In this document: positions 16,834-25,709 of the stretch, one piece after another | Position numbering within the stretch: the first letter of the stretch is position 1 | How the letters are laid out: every line of letters starts with the position of its first letter | Source of the DNA: Candidatus Parvarchaeota archaeon | GTDB lineage: Archaea > Nanobdellota > Nanobdellia > WJKC01 | DNA: 64,000 bases | Direction: 5' to 3' | Assembly (NCBI GenBank): GCA_030615175.1 | Contig: JAUWZX010000001.1 | Span: 524,044 to 588,043 of the forward strand | Translations under genes and position numbers: made by a program | Notes under the pieces: generated by a model | The model's input: the letters and a program-made list of their open reading frames with translations, nothing else | What the model was told of the DNA's origin: nothing | Databases searched by the model: none

Positions 16834-17172
16834 ATGGGTTCAAGAGAGTTGGAGCAGAAACTTGATGGAATCAATAATTATTTGTCAATCATACAGGGAG
16901 TTGAAGAAATGATTGAGGACATCCTAATAAAAGCTTCAAAAAGTGAGATTAGTTTAGGAGAATACACTTACCATCTTGATTGTCATTTTTCAGGAGTAGA
17001 AGTTCTTTATCATGACATTATTGAGATGTCAAGGAGTATTCATAGGGGAGACTTGGTTGAAAAATACACTAATGAAGAAAGAATCATAAACAAGAATCAT
17101 GAAAAATTCGCAGATGACCCATTCTTGTATTTACAAATACAGGAAGAAGTGCTTAGGAGAAAGAATTTATAA
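16834..17172 (+). CDS. Hypothetical protein
   Basis: 112-aa ORF with no motif. Confidence 0.4.
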   Translation: MGSRELEQKLDGINNYLSIIQGVEEMIEDILIKASKSEISLGEYTYHLDCHFSGVEVLYHDIIEMSRSIHRGDLVEKYTNEERIINKNHEKFADDPFLYLQIQEEVLRRKNL

Positions 17173-17282
17173 GGATAAGTGTGAAATCAGGGTTTACTTG
17201 TTTCAATAAACTTTTTAAGTACTTATTCTCTAAGTTTCCTTTAACTACAAGTAATTACATAAAAAACGGAGGTGTTTCATTA

Positions 17283-17594
17283 ATGGCTGAAGGAACAGAT
17301 AAGAAAAGAAGGGAAAGGAAGCCCAAGGGTTATTCTGAAATTTTTATTGGCGGTAAGGCGTTCATGAATTACGTTACAGGCGTAGTTATGCAGTTTAACG
17401 GCGGTGCAGTTGATGTGTCAATAAAGGCTAGGGGTAAGTATATTAGCAGGGCGGTTGACGTTGCAGAGGTTGTTAAGAACCGATTTTTTCAGGGTGTTGA
17501 GATTAAGGACGTGAAGATTGGTTCAGAAGAGTTTACTGGCGATAATAACCGGCAGATTAGGGTGTCAACAATAGATATTGTATTAACAAAGTAA
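17283..17594 (+). CDS. albA: DNA/RNA-binding protein Alba
   Basis: IFIGGKAFMNYVTGVVMQFNGGAVDVSIKARGKYISRAVDVAEVVKNRF ... RVSTIDIVLTK. The internal ATG at 17283 is preceded by GGAGGTG (17268-17274). The tracked ORF start at 17181 (GTG) is probably an upstream extension. Confidence 0.9.
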   Translation: MAEGTDKKRRERKPKGYSEIFIGGKAFMNYVTGVVMQFNGGAVDVSIKARGKYISRAVDVAEVVKNRFFQGVEIKDVKIGSEEFTGDNNRQIRVSTIDIVLTK

Positions 17595-17603
17595 AAGAAT
17601 TTT

Positions 17604-18098
17604 TTAATTTTTTATTGCAATGATTATTTTAAACTTGTTTCCAATAACTGAGGTCTTGAATTCATGCAGTAATTCATTGCTTGCATCATCCTCGAATAAT
17701 ACGGCGCCTTCTTTGAATAATAATTTTTTAATGTTATTAATCAGTGTTTTCTCTTTCCGTTCTTTTTTAGCCTTGCTCTTCTTCCTTAATGGCTCGCAGG
17801 CGTCTAATGCTATTATTAAGTCATACTTTCTTTTCACTGTTTTAAGCAGTGATTTTGAGTATATTATTTCATCATTAATGCAGTCAAGTCTTTTAACGAA
17901 TTCCTTGATGTAAGCATTAGTTCCTGACGCGTCAGTGCCGCAGCAAAGGTATAATGCTTGCGTTTGATTCCCATAGTATTCCTTTACTCTTGGCATTATC
18001 AGGCATAAGTTAGGGTTGAATTCATTTCCTTCTTTAATACTCAAGTCTGACTCCCTTGCCTTTAAATAAATCCTTTCTATTGATTCAATGAAGTTCAT
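17604..18098 (-). CDS. Hypothetical protein (weak class I methyltransferase-like pattern)
   Basis: ALYLCCGTDASG and YDLIIALDACEP loosely resemble motifs I and II of SAM methyltransferases. This is not conclusive. Confidence 0.4.
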   Translation of the reverse strand: MNFIESIERIYLKARESDLSIKEGNEFNPNLCLIMPRVKEYYGNQTQALYLCCGTDASGTNAYIKEFVKRLDCINDEIIYSKSLLKTVKRKYDLIIALDACEPLRKKSKAKKERKEKTLINNIKKLLFKEGAVLFEDDASNELLHEFKTSVIGNKFKIIIAIKN

Positions 18099-18143
18099 TA
18101 GTTCTTATTTAGGATTTAGCAGCATTTATTTCTTACTAAAAAA

Positions 18144-18617
18144 TTAATCAAAGCATTTTATTATTGCTTTATTCTCTTTATCTGTTAATTCATAATTCTT
18201 TGACATTAAGTCGCCCATAATGTCTAATTCGTATTTCCCATCCACTTCTTTTAATATATTATTAAATAGGCTTTCAAGGCTTCTAATCTTCTGCGAGCCT
18301 GCCATGTCAAAAGGCCATGGAACGTGGATTACGTATCTTAATTCCAGTTTTGAGTATTTTCTTTTCCTGATTAATTTATTCACGTACTTCTCTCGTTTTT
18401 TCCATCCATCAAGCCTTTTAGGATAATTTTTAGCACGAATCCTGAAGTATGTTGCATTAAACCTGTTCTGGTAATTAATTATTCCATGTATTAATTCTTC
18501 TTTTGAGATTGATTTACCTGATTCGTAGGGGCATTTTAAGTCGAATAATTTTGATAAGAAGGATTCATGATTATGAAAGATTGTTACGTATTTAAGTTCC
18601 TGTTCTTCATTACTCAT
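18144..18617 (-). CDS. Hypothetical protein, YQNRFN-motif family (paralog of 52733-53107)
   Basis: ESFLSKLFDL....SKEELIHGIINYQNRFNATYFRI aligns with ERFLNKIISM....PKNRLLPGINDYQNRFNIKYFEI of the 124-aa protein. Confidence 0.5.
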   Translation of the reverse strand: MSNEEQELKYVTIFHNHESFLSKLFDLKCPYESGKSISKEELIHGIINYQNRFNATYFRIRAKNYPKRLDGWKKREKYVNKLIRKRKYSKLELRYVIHVPWPFDMAGSQKIRSLESLFNNILKEVDGKYELDIMGDLMSKNYELTDKENKAIIKCFD

Positions 18618-18677
18618 TATTAAAATAGTTATTTATTGTCTTTTAAAAAGATTTATTTACTTGAAACTACAGAAACT

Positions 18678-19655
18678 TTAATTTGGGCTTGTGATTACAA
18701 ACGAATTTATTATATTGTCAAAAATCTCTTCGTACTCGCGATAAAACTCGTCTTGAGATGAGTATTTGAAAACGTAAGCTGTTCCATTGGCGAAAAAGAC
18801 TACCTGTCTCAGTTTCCAAGAAGGTGTTCCAGAGAGTATATCATACCCGCTTGTATTATTTACTGATATTGCAGTCTCATTTAAGATTGGTATACCAGAC
18901 CTATCTAATCCTTCAATGAATTCACTTTTAACCTCCTGCAAATCAGCGGCTGATTTTATTGTTAATTCAATTTCCACTGAAACGTATGCTCCTCCCGTAA
19001 TAGATATTTTCTTTTCGAAGGATACGACTTTCTTAATATTTTCATCTGGAAAATCTACACAATTATAATCTTCATAATAAAGTAATGGGTCGCATTGTTC
19101 AACATCTTTATCTACATTGATATAGAATTCCCAACCATCAGGGTACTCAAAACCATAGCCGAGTTCATCATCATAAACATACCCTTGGGTTGTTAACTCT
19201 CCTGATACTGGTTCTGTTGTTATGAATACGCATAATTCACATAATGGGAAACCTCTGATAGTTTCTTCACATGCTTCAGAAAAAGTTTGACTCCAAGACT
19301 CGCCCTGACAGAATTCTTCAATACTAAGAAAGTCAGATTTACTTTTTCCAACACAGTCTTCAGGGCAATTACATGGATTTTCAATGTCTTCACAAACCAT
19401 GTTCCCGCAATTTATGCAAGTTCCAATAGGAGAGCCAGCCAACAGACCGGTTTCATAACACTCATCTGCAATTGAAATACTTGTATCAAACCCGCTATCC
19501 CATTCAGTCAACCCCACGCAGCAGTGTTCAGGATATTCTGTATAAACTTGTGAAAATCGCTCGCCTTCCATTGCACATCCTTCTTCAAGCCCTTGACTAA
19601 CACACCCAACCATGCATGCCAGTCCTATTACTGCTATAATTGCTGCATACCTCAT
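18678..19655 (-). CDS. Secreted Cys-rich protein with lipobox-like signal
   Basis: Signal MRYAAIIAVIGLACMVGC. The first ~140 aa contain many Cys (CINCGNMVCEDIENPCNCPEDC). The C-terminal domain is unassigned. GAA/AAA-biased codon usage differs from neighbours. Confidence 0.55.
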   Translation of the reverse strand: MRYAAIIAVIGLACMVGCVSQGLEEGCAMEGERFSQVYTEYPEHCCVGLTEWDSGFDTSISIADECYETGLLAGSPIGTCINCGNMVCEDIENPCNCPEDCVGKSKSDFLSIEEFCQGESWSQTFSEACEETIRGFPLCELCVFITTEPVSGELTTQGYVYDDELGYGFEYPDGWEFYINVDKDVEQCDPLLYYEDYNCVDFPDENIKKVVSFEKKISITGGAYVSVEIELTIKSAADLQEVKSEFIEGLDRSGIPILNETAISVNNTSGYDILSGTPSWKLRQVVFFANGTAYVFKYSSQDEFYREYEEIFDNIINSFVITSPN

Positions 19656-19774
19656 GATTAATCACACACTCATTGAGTATTTAAATGATGTATTAACTCT
19701 TGTATACTATCAGTTAATTACTCAATCTTGGACTAGACCGTTACATTTATTTCTTACTATCATATATAATTATT

Positions 19775-20209
19775 ATGCCTTTATGGGATTTTTTTGATGA
19801 AATGGAGAGGAGAAGGAAGCAGTATAATAAATTATTCGAGAAATTTGGAGTTAGGCCCTTAATGATTGAAGGGTTCAGGAAGCCGTTAACTGATGTTCAG
19901 GAGACTGGCACGTCAATAATTGCTGACATGGAGTTGCCTGGAGTCAGTAAGAAGGATATTGAGATTAACGTTATGGAGAATGAGTTAGAGGTTAAGTCAA
20001 CTTCCAAGACTGTTAAGGAAGTTAAGAAAAAAGGTTATTATAGAAGAGAGAGGGGTTATCAGGGTTTTTACACTCGCTTTTCCCTGCCAGCAAAAGTTAT
20101 TCCTAACAAGGCAAAAGCAGAGTTTAAGGATGGAGTGTTAACTATTAAAATCCCCAAGGTTGCAGTGAAAATGAAGGTGAAGAAGAAAGTTAAGTTGGAG
20201 ATTAAATGA
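19775..20209 (+). CDS. Small heat-shock protein (Hsp20/alpha-crystallin)
   Basis: PLTDVQETGTSIIADMELPGVSKKDIEINV ... FYTRFSLPAKV...AEFKDGVLTIKIPK. Confidence 0.9.
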   Translation: MPLWDFFDEMERRRKQYNKLFEKFGVRPLMIEGFRKPLTDVQETGTSIIADMELPGVSKKDIEINVMENELEVKSTSKTVKEVKKKGYYRRERGYQGFYTRFSLPAKVIPNKAKAEFKDGVLTIKIPKVAVKMKVKKKVKLEIK

Positions 20210-20246
20210 TATCTATTTAAATCTTCATTTCATCCTGTTATTTTAA

Positions 20247-20999
20247 ATGTTTGTTGACGTTCACGCGCACTTAACTCATGAAAAATTCATCACTGACTTG
20301 CCTAACGTTATTAAGCGCGCTGAAGACATGATTATTGTCTGCGCTGGCTCAGGTCACAGGGATAATCAGAGGGTGTTAAGGCTTGCCGAGAAGCATGATA
20401 ACGTGCTCGCGAGTTTAGGCCTGTACCCTTGGGATGCAGTTTCATTAACTGACGGGGAGACTGAATTCTGCATTGACCATATAAGGAGTAATGCTGACAG
20501 GATTATTTGTATTGGAGAGATTGGTCTTGATTATCACTGGGGTAAAGGTAAGGATGACTTATCTAAGCAGGAGTGGGTTTTTAGTAAATTGCTTGAATTA
20601 TCGCTTGAAATTAACAAGCCAGTCCTCGTTCACTGCAGGGATGCTGAGCATGATGTTCTGGAAGTTTTAAGAACTTTTGAAGGCAGAGCAGTTATTCACT
20701 GCTATACTGGTCCATTAAGCCTTGTTGATGAATTCCTCAGCATGGGTTATTACTTCAGCATCCCCTCATTAGTTACTAAAAGCAAATCCTTCAGGAAACT
20801 TGTTAGGAAGATTCCTGTTAACAGACTGCTCACTGAAACTGATTCCCCTTACATGCCTTTAATTACCGGCGGACGCAACGAGCCTTCAAGCGTTAAGCAT
20901 GGCATCAGCAAGATTGCTGAAATTAAAGAATTAAAAACCGTTGAGGTGGAGGAGAAGATTTTTAATAACTTTAGCAGGGTATTCAATTTTAAAAAATGA
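20247..20999 (+). CDS. tatD: TatD-family metal-dependent hydrolase/DNase
   Basis: FVDVHAHL, IGEIGLDYHW, VHCRDA, HCYTG and ETDSPYM are the TatD signature set. Confidence 0.9.
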   Translation: MFVDVHAHLTHEKFITDLPNVIKRAEDMIIVCAGSGHRDNQRVLRLAEKHDNVLASLGLYPWDAVSLTDGETEFCIDHIRSNADRIICIGEIGLDYHWGKGKDDLSKQEWVFSKLLELSLEINKPVLVHCRDAEHDVLEVLRTFEGRAVIHCYTGPLSLVDEFLSMGYYFSIPSLVTKSKSFRKLVRKIPVNRLLTETDSPYMPLITGGRNEPSSVKHGISKIAEIKELKTVEVEEKIFNNFSRVFNFKK

Positions 21000-21000
21000 A

Positions 21001-21288
21001 TTATCTTTTAATTTTTCCTGAATAAAAACAACATGTTTCAAAGTCCTTCATGCAGTATAATTGCAGTTCTATCAAACCAACATGCCTTTGATATATTGGA
21101 TTAAACGGTGCTGGTTTCATATTATTTGTTGCAGGATTATTTAATCCGCAATAATAGAAGAATTCTTCTTGTTTTTTTAAACAAGGGCATTTAATTTCCA
21201 AGTACTTCTCTAAATTCGAGATTATTATTCTTTCTTCTGGTAAAATTATGTCATCAAAAGTTTTAATATTTGCCCACGTTTTTTTCAT
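21001..21288 (-). CDS. Hypothetical Cys-containing small protein
   Basis: 95-aa ORF with no motif. Confidence 0.4.
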   Translation of the reverse strand: MKKTWANIKTFDDIILPEERIIISNLEKYLEIKCPCLKKQEEFFYYCGLNNPATNNMKPAPFNPIYQRHVGLIELQLYCMKDFETCCFYSGKIKR

Positions 21289-21379
21289 TGCAAGATTCTT
21301 TTTAAAACCAGGATATTTAAATCTTTCTGTTTAATTGTTTAAAAGAATTTTTAAGTTAACCAAGCCTTAGTTTATTCTA

Positions 21380-23395
21380 ATGAGGAAGTCATTATTATTA
21401 TTCTTAATATTCTCAATTGCTCAGGCCGTGCCAGGTGATGCTGGCTCGTTATTAATGGATTATGGTGCGTGGAATAACATTAGTATTGAGCACTTAACTA
21501 TTGGTGCTGGACTGATTAATTTAACTCAGGAGATTTACTTGTACGCGCAGGATGTTGAATACGTTAAAAGTGATTTCTCATACTTTAATGTGACAACATC
21601 AAGTGAGGGAGGTTACTTCACTTACATTCATGAAGGGGATGCGGATTCACTGTACTGGGATTTTAATGCAAGGATTTTGAAGAACAGGACTGTAATGAGG
21701 CTCAGTGAGGCTTCAGGATTCCCTTTAAGCCCTGAATTAATCCCTGAGGAAGTTAAGGATTATTTAGAGTTCAGCGAGTACATTGATTATGACCCGTTAA
21801 TTATTGATAAGGCTAATGAATTAGTTGAAGGAGTGAGTGGTTTACTGAAAGCAGTTATGAACTTAGCTGAGTGGGTGGCTAATAATATTGAGTACACGCC
21901 CACAATGCTTTACTTGAATGGCACTCAGAAGGCAAGCTTTGTTTATGATACAGGGAAGGGTGTTTGCGATGAGTTAAGCGTTTTATTCATGAGTATGGCC
22001 AGGAGCGTTGGCATTCCCGTAAGGTACTCTAATGGTTATGCTTATACTAATTTATGCAATGACTTCGGCAGTCATGCATGGGTTGAAGTATGGCTTCCAA
22101 GTAATGAGTGGATGCCTGTGGATTTAACTTACGACCAGTTCGGCTGGCTTGACCCTTATCATATTAAGATGTATGGAGGGGTTAATCTTACGAGGAGTTT
22201 CATTAACACTAAATTATTCTCTGTTGATCAGAGCAGTTTAGTAATAAGTAATGAGTTGCCTGAATTCCTGAGTGATTCATTAAGCACTTGCTCTGAAGGA
22301 TTCATCACTGTTATAGATGAGACTCCTGAATCAGTTGAATTCACTGGCAGCCTGTCATTAAGCAAGGCTGTTGCAGGCGAGGATGATTACGCTTTACTAA
22401 CCCTTAGTGTTTATAATCCAACTAATTATTACATTCCATTATCCTATCAGGTTATCACGACTCAGAACATGAGTTTTGTTAGCGGTTACATGGTGAATGC
22501 AGTGATTCTTAAGCCGAATAATTACACAGTTGATTACGTGATTCTTAAGACACCTGTCCTGGGTAATTCAGTGTCACACCCGATTACTGTTAAGCTGCCT
22601 GGCATGGAGGAGTTGAACATTTCATTAAGCGTTGACCCTTCATTTAAGCAGAGGACTAGTCTTGAGGAGTTAGAGCTTCAGATTGCAAGCGAGGAGAGCG
22701 TGGTAACTGATTTAAGGGTTACGAGTGTTGCCGTGAACCCGGTCATTTCATATAATAATAGTGCTAGTTTAAGATTTAGTGTCAGGAATATGGGCACCAA
22801 GGTTCTTGAAGACGTCAGCATTAACATTGTTTCAAGCCTGATTAACCCGTTGAACCTGACAATTCCCCGCGTCAGGATTAATGAGGAGGTCAGCGTTGAC
22901 GTGGAGTTAGCTTCAATTGTTGATTATGGTGAGGATTTAGTCATGGTTTACGCATCCATTAATAATCAGACAACTGATAATTCCACTGAATTAGTTTTCG
23001 CTAAGAAGCCTGGCTTAATTGTTTCGTATAAGGGTCCTGTAGAGTTTAAGTCAACTGATGCCTTAACATTTCAATTATTATTTAATAAGACTGATAGGAT
23101 TACGGTTTCAGGGATTGATTTAATGATTAGTACTGGTTCATGGAGTAATAATTATTCTTTTGAAATGTTTTATGATGTAATAACTATTAATGCATCAATT
23201 GATGTTATAGGATTTGGCAATGACACTTTTGATTTCGTCATTGATTATTATGATGCTTACGGAACTAAGTTCACTAAGCATTTAACTCAGGGTGTTGTGA
23301 AGACTGGTGAGTGGTGGGAGTTAATTATTAACTGGTTTATTGAATTATTTAATTCAATTATTAATTTCGTTTCAGGATTTCAGTCCCGTGCGTGA
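21380..23395 (+). CDS. Large secreted transglutaminase-like (Cys-His-Asp core) protein with C-terminal hydrophobic segment
   Basis: Has a signal peptide. Core GKGVCDELSVLFMSMARSVGIPVRY...GSHAWVEVWLP..EWMPVDLT. Long beta-rich, sequon-rich C-terminal region. Confidence 0.8.
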   Translation: MRKSLLLFLIFSIAQAVPGDAGSLLMDYGAWNNISIEHLTIGAGLINLTQEIYLYAQDVEYVKSDFSYFNVTTSSEGGYFTYIHEGDADSLYWDFNARILKNRTVMRLSEASGFPLSPELIPEEVKDYLEFSEYIDYDPLIIDKANELVEGVSGLLKAVMNLAEWVANNIEYTPTMLYLNGTQKASFVYDTGKGVCDELSVLFMSMARSVGIPVRYSNGYAYTNLCNDFGSHAWVEVWLPSNEWMPVDLTYDQFGWLDPYHIKMYGGVNLTRSFINTKLFSVDQSSLVISNELPEFLSDSLSTCSEGFITVIDETPESVEFTGSLSLSKAVAGEDDYALLTLSVYNPTNYYIPLSYQVITTQNMSFVSGYMVNAVILKPNNYTVDYVILKTPVLGNSVSHPITVKLPGMEELNISLSVDPSFKQRTSLEELELQIASEESVVTDLRVTSVAVNPVISYNNSASLRFSVRNMGTKVLEDVSINIVSSLINPLNLTIPRVRINEEVSVDVELASIVDYGEDLVMVYASINNQTTDNSTELVFAKKPGLIVSYKGPVEFKSTDALTFQLLFNKTDRITVSGIDLMISTGSWSNNYSFEMFYDVITINASIDVIGFGNDTFDFVIDYYDAYGTKFTKHLTQGVVKTGEWWELIINWFIELFNSIINFVSGFQSRA

Positions 23396-24089
23396 TGATT
23401 GAGCGGATGTTAATGTTAAATAAGTCAATGAAGCTTGTCACAGTCACTCTTATTATTACTATGTAAATGAAGGCGTTAGTGAATCCTATTATGCCTGGCT
23501 GTAGTTTTACTCTTCCAAAAGCAATTAATGAAATAATCAGTGTTATGAATGAGGTTAGTAAGTACGCTTTAATCGCTATTGATTTATTATTAATTATTAA
23601 TTTAACACTGTTCTTTAATGCTTTTATAGGGCTTAAGTTATGTATTACTGCGCTAGGGTATAATAGGTATTGCGGTATTCCGAATGATGCTTCAATGAAT
23701 ATTATTATTACTGCCGCGATTAATGGAGTGAAGAAATTATAGACTTGCATGTTAATTAAGTAATTAGGTATTGCGATTACAGTCATTAATAGTAATGTCT
23801 TAATTATTAGTAAGTAATTCTTCTTTACCTGCTTAAAGCTTTGATTAAAAGTTGTTTTAAAGGCTGCGTTATGCATTAATGCACCTCTAGTTAGCGGGTC
23901 GTAAATGAATAGTATCACGCATATAACTAGTAAGGCGATTAATCCTCCTCCAATGTTTAAGTCATTATTAAGCCATAATAGGAAGTTATTCACGAACGCG
24001 AGCACCATTAAGTATTCTAATAATATGATTGCGTACTTCTTCAGGGTGATTTCTTTAAAACCTTTATTAAAGACTTCTTTAATCTTCAT
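23361..24089 (-). CDS. Polytopic membrane protein, hypothetical
   Basis: 242-aa hydrophobic ORF. Convergent 35-nt overlap with 21380-23395. Confidence 0.5.
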   Translation of the reverse strand: MKIKEVFNKGFKEITLKKYAIILLEYLMVLAFVNNFLLWLNNDLNIGGGLIALLVICVILFIYDPLTRGALMHNAAFKTTFNQSFKQVKKNYLLIIKTLLLMTVIAIPNYLINMQVYNFFTPLIAAVIIIFIEASFGIPQYLLYPSAVIHNLSPIKALKNSVKLIINNKSIAIKAYLLTSFITLIISLIAFGRVKLQPGIIGFTNAFIYIVIIRVTVTSFIDLFNINIRSIITHGTEILKRN

Positions 24090-24129
24090 TAAATAAACTT
24101 TAATAAAACATGATTATTTAATCTTTATC

Positions 24130-25038
24130 ATGAAGGTGTTATTTTTAGGTACGAGTTGCATGTTCCCGACCAGGGATAGGAGTCAGCCAGCCGTGCTCGT
24201 AATCAGGGGGGGTGATTACTTGTTGTTTGATTGCGGTGAAGGAGTTCAGCGCCAGTTAAGGATTGCCGGCGTTAGCCCGATGAAGATTAACCGGGTGTTC
24301 ATTACTCACTGGCATGGAGACCACTCATTAGGGCTTCCTGGAATGATTCAGTCAATGGCTGGTAATAAGAGGCAGTCAATGCTTCACGTTTACGGTCCTG
24401 AAGGGTCTGAGAGGAGGGTTTTAAGTCTTATCTCGGCTTTTGATTTCGGCAAGGATTATGATATTAAGGTTCATGAGATTAAATTAAGGCCAGGCAGGAA
24501 GAAAGTGGTTTTGAAGACTAAGGATTTCACTGTAAGTGCTTTAGGGCTTAAGCATGGCAGGATGACGCTTGGTTATTCAGTTAAGGAGCGTGATTCTCTT
24601 AGGATTAATTTAGATTACACTAAGAAGTTTGGTTTAACCAGGCACCCGTTGCTCGGAGAGCTTCAGAAGGGCAGGGACATTACTTATAAGGGCAGGAAAA
24701 TCAAGGTTAAGGACGCGACTTACTTGAAGAAAGGTAAGAAGGTTTCATACCTTACTGATACTCTTTACTTTAAAGGTGTTGAAGAATTAGTTATGGATTC
24801 TGATTTATTAATATGCGAGGCAACTTATGATTCAGGCATGGAGGTTAAAGCAGTTGATTATGAGCACTTAACTGCTAGGCAGGCCGGGTTAATTGCCAGG
24901 GATTCTAATTCCAGGAAGCTTGTGTTAACTCATTTCAGCCAGCGGTATGATAACGTGAAGCAGTTAATTCGTGAGGCTGGGAGGGAGTTCAAGGAAGTCG
25001 TTGGAGCTGAGGATTTTCTTATGCTGGTATTGCGCTAA
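24130..25038 (+). CDS. rnz: Ribonuclease Z (tRNA 3' endonuclease)
   Basis: MKVLFLGTS...P...R...LFDCGEG.Q.QL, metallo-beta-lactamase motif ITHWHGDHSLGLPG, C-terminal LTHFSQRY. Confidence 0.9.
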   Translation: MKVLFLGTSCMFPTRDRSQPAVLVIRGGDYLLFDCGEGVQRQLRIAGVSPMKINRVFITHWHGDHSLGLPGMIQSMAGNKRQSMLHVYGPEGSERRVLSLISAFDFGKDYDIKVHEIKLRPGRKKVVLKTKDFTVSALGLKHGRMTLGYSVKERDSLRINLDYTKKFGLTRHPLLGELQKGRDITYKGRKIKVKDATYLKKGKKVSYLTDTLYFKGVEELVMDSDLLICEATYDSGMEVKAVDYEHLTARQAGLIARDSNSRKLVLTHFSQRYDNVKQLIREAGREFKEVVGAEDFLMLVLR

Positions 25039-25657
25039 TAATTGCTGGCAGTATTATCATGACTTTCATGACTTCCATTATCGGGTTAATCTTTATTTTC
25101 TGTTCAGTCACCCAAGTGATTATTTCTTCACTGCTTGCTTCGCCTGTTAATACTTGAGGTGCAATGCTTTGGTCCATTTGAATGATTACATTGTATTCAT
25201 CCATTGTTTTGCCTGATTCAAATGTTGTTATGTTACCGCTAGTTGTGCCGACACTCCACTCGAATACTTTGAATGTTAAATTGCCTTGAGTGTAAATGCT
25301 GAATAAGTAAATTGAGTAACTCTCGCCTAAATTAATTCTCAGGTTCTCTGTTAATTCAGGATTGCTGTTAACTGCTTCTTCTAATTGCAGTTGAATGCCT
25401 CTGAAGGTTTCATCCATTTCAGTTTTCTGTTCTACGAGAAGAGTGTAATTTTCTTCTCCTATTTCTTCTCTTAATTCTTCACTAAAGCTTACTGCTTCTT
25501 CAAACGTTACTACTGACTCACTCGCTATTGCAAACAAGTCGAATAATCCTATTCCCAGATTCTGTCTTAGTAAGTAGTCAGCAACTAACCCGCTAACCAC
25601 CATGACTCCAATGATTATTCCAACAACTATGAGGATTATCTTAAGATTCTTTTCCAT
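25019..25657 (-). CDS. Membrane-anchored hypothetical protein
   Basis: N-terminal TM (LKIILIVVGIIIGVMVVSGLV) and a C-terminal hydrophobic end. Confidence 0.5.
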   Translation of the reverse strand: MEKNLKIILIVVGIIIGVMVVSGLVADYLLRQNLGIGLFDLFAIASESVVTFEEAVSFSEELREEIGEENYTLLVEQKTEMDETFRGIQLQLEEAVNSNPELTENLRINLGESYSIYLFSIYTQGNLTFKVFEWSVGTTSGNITTFESGKTMDEYNVIIQMDQSIAPQVLTGEASSEEIITWVTEQKIKINPIMEVMKVMIILPAIISAIPA

Positions 25658-25709
25658 TAATTAATAATTAAATCCTTTAGTGAATAAATATGTTTTGAAA
25701 TAAATTCTT

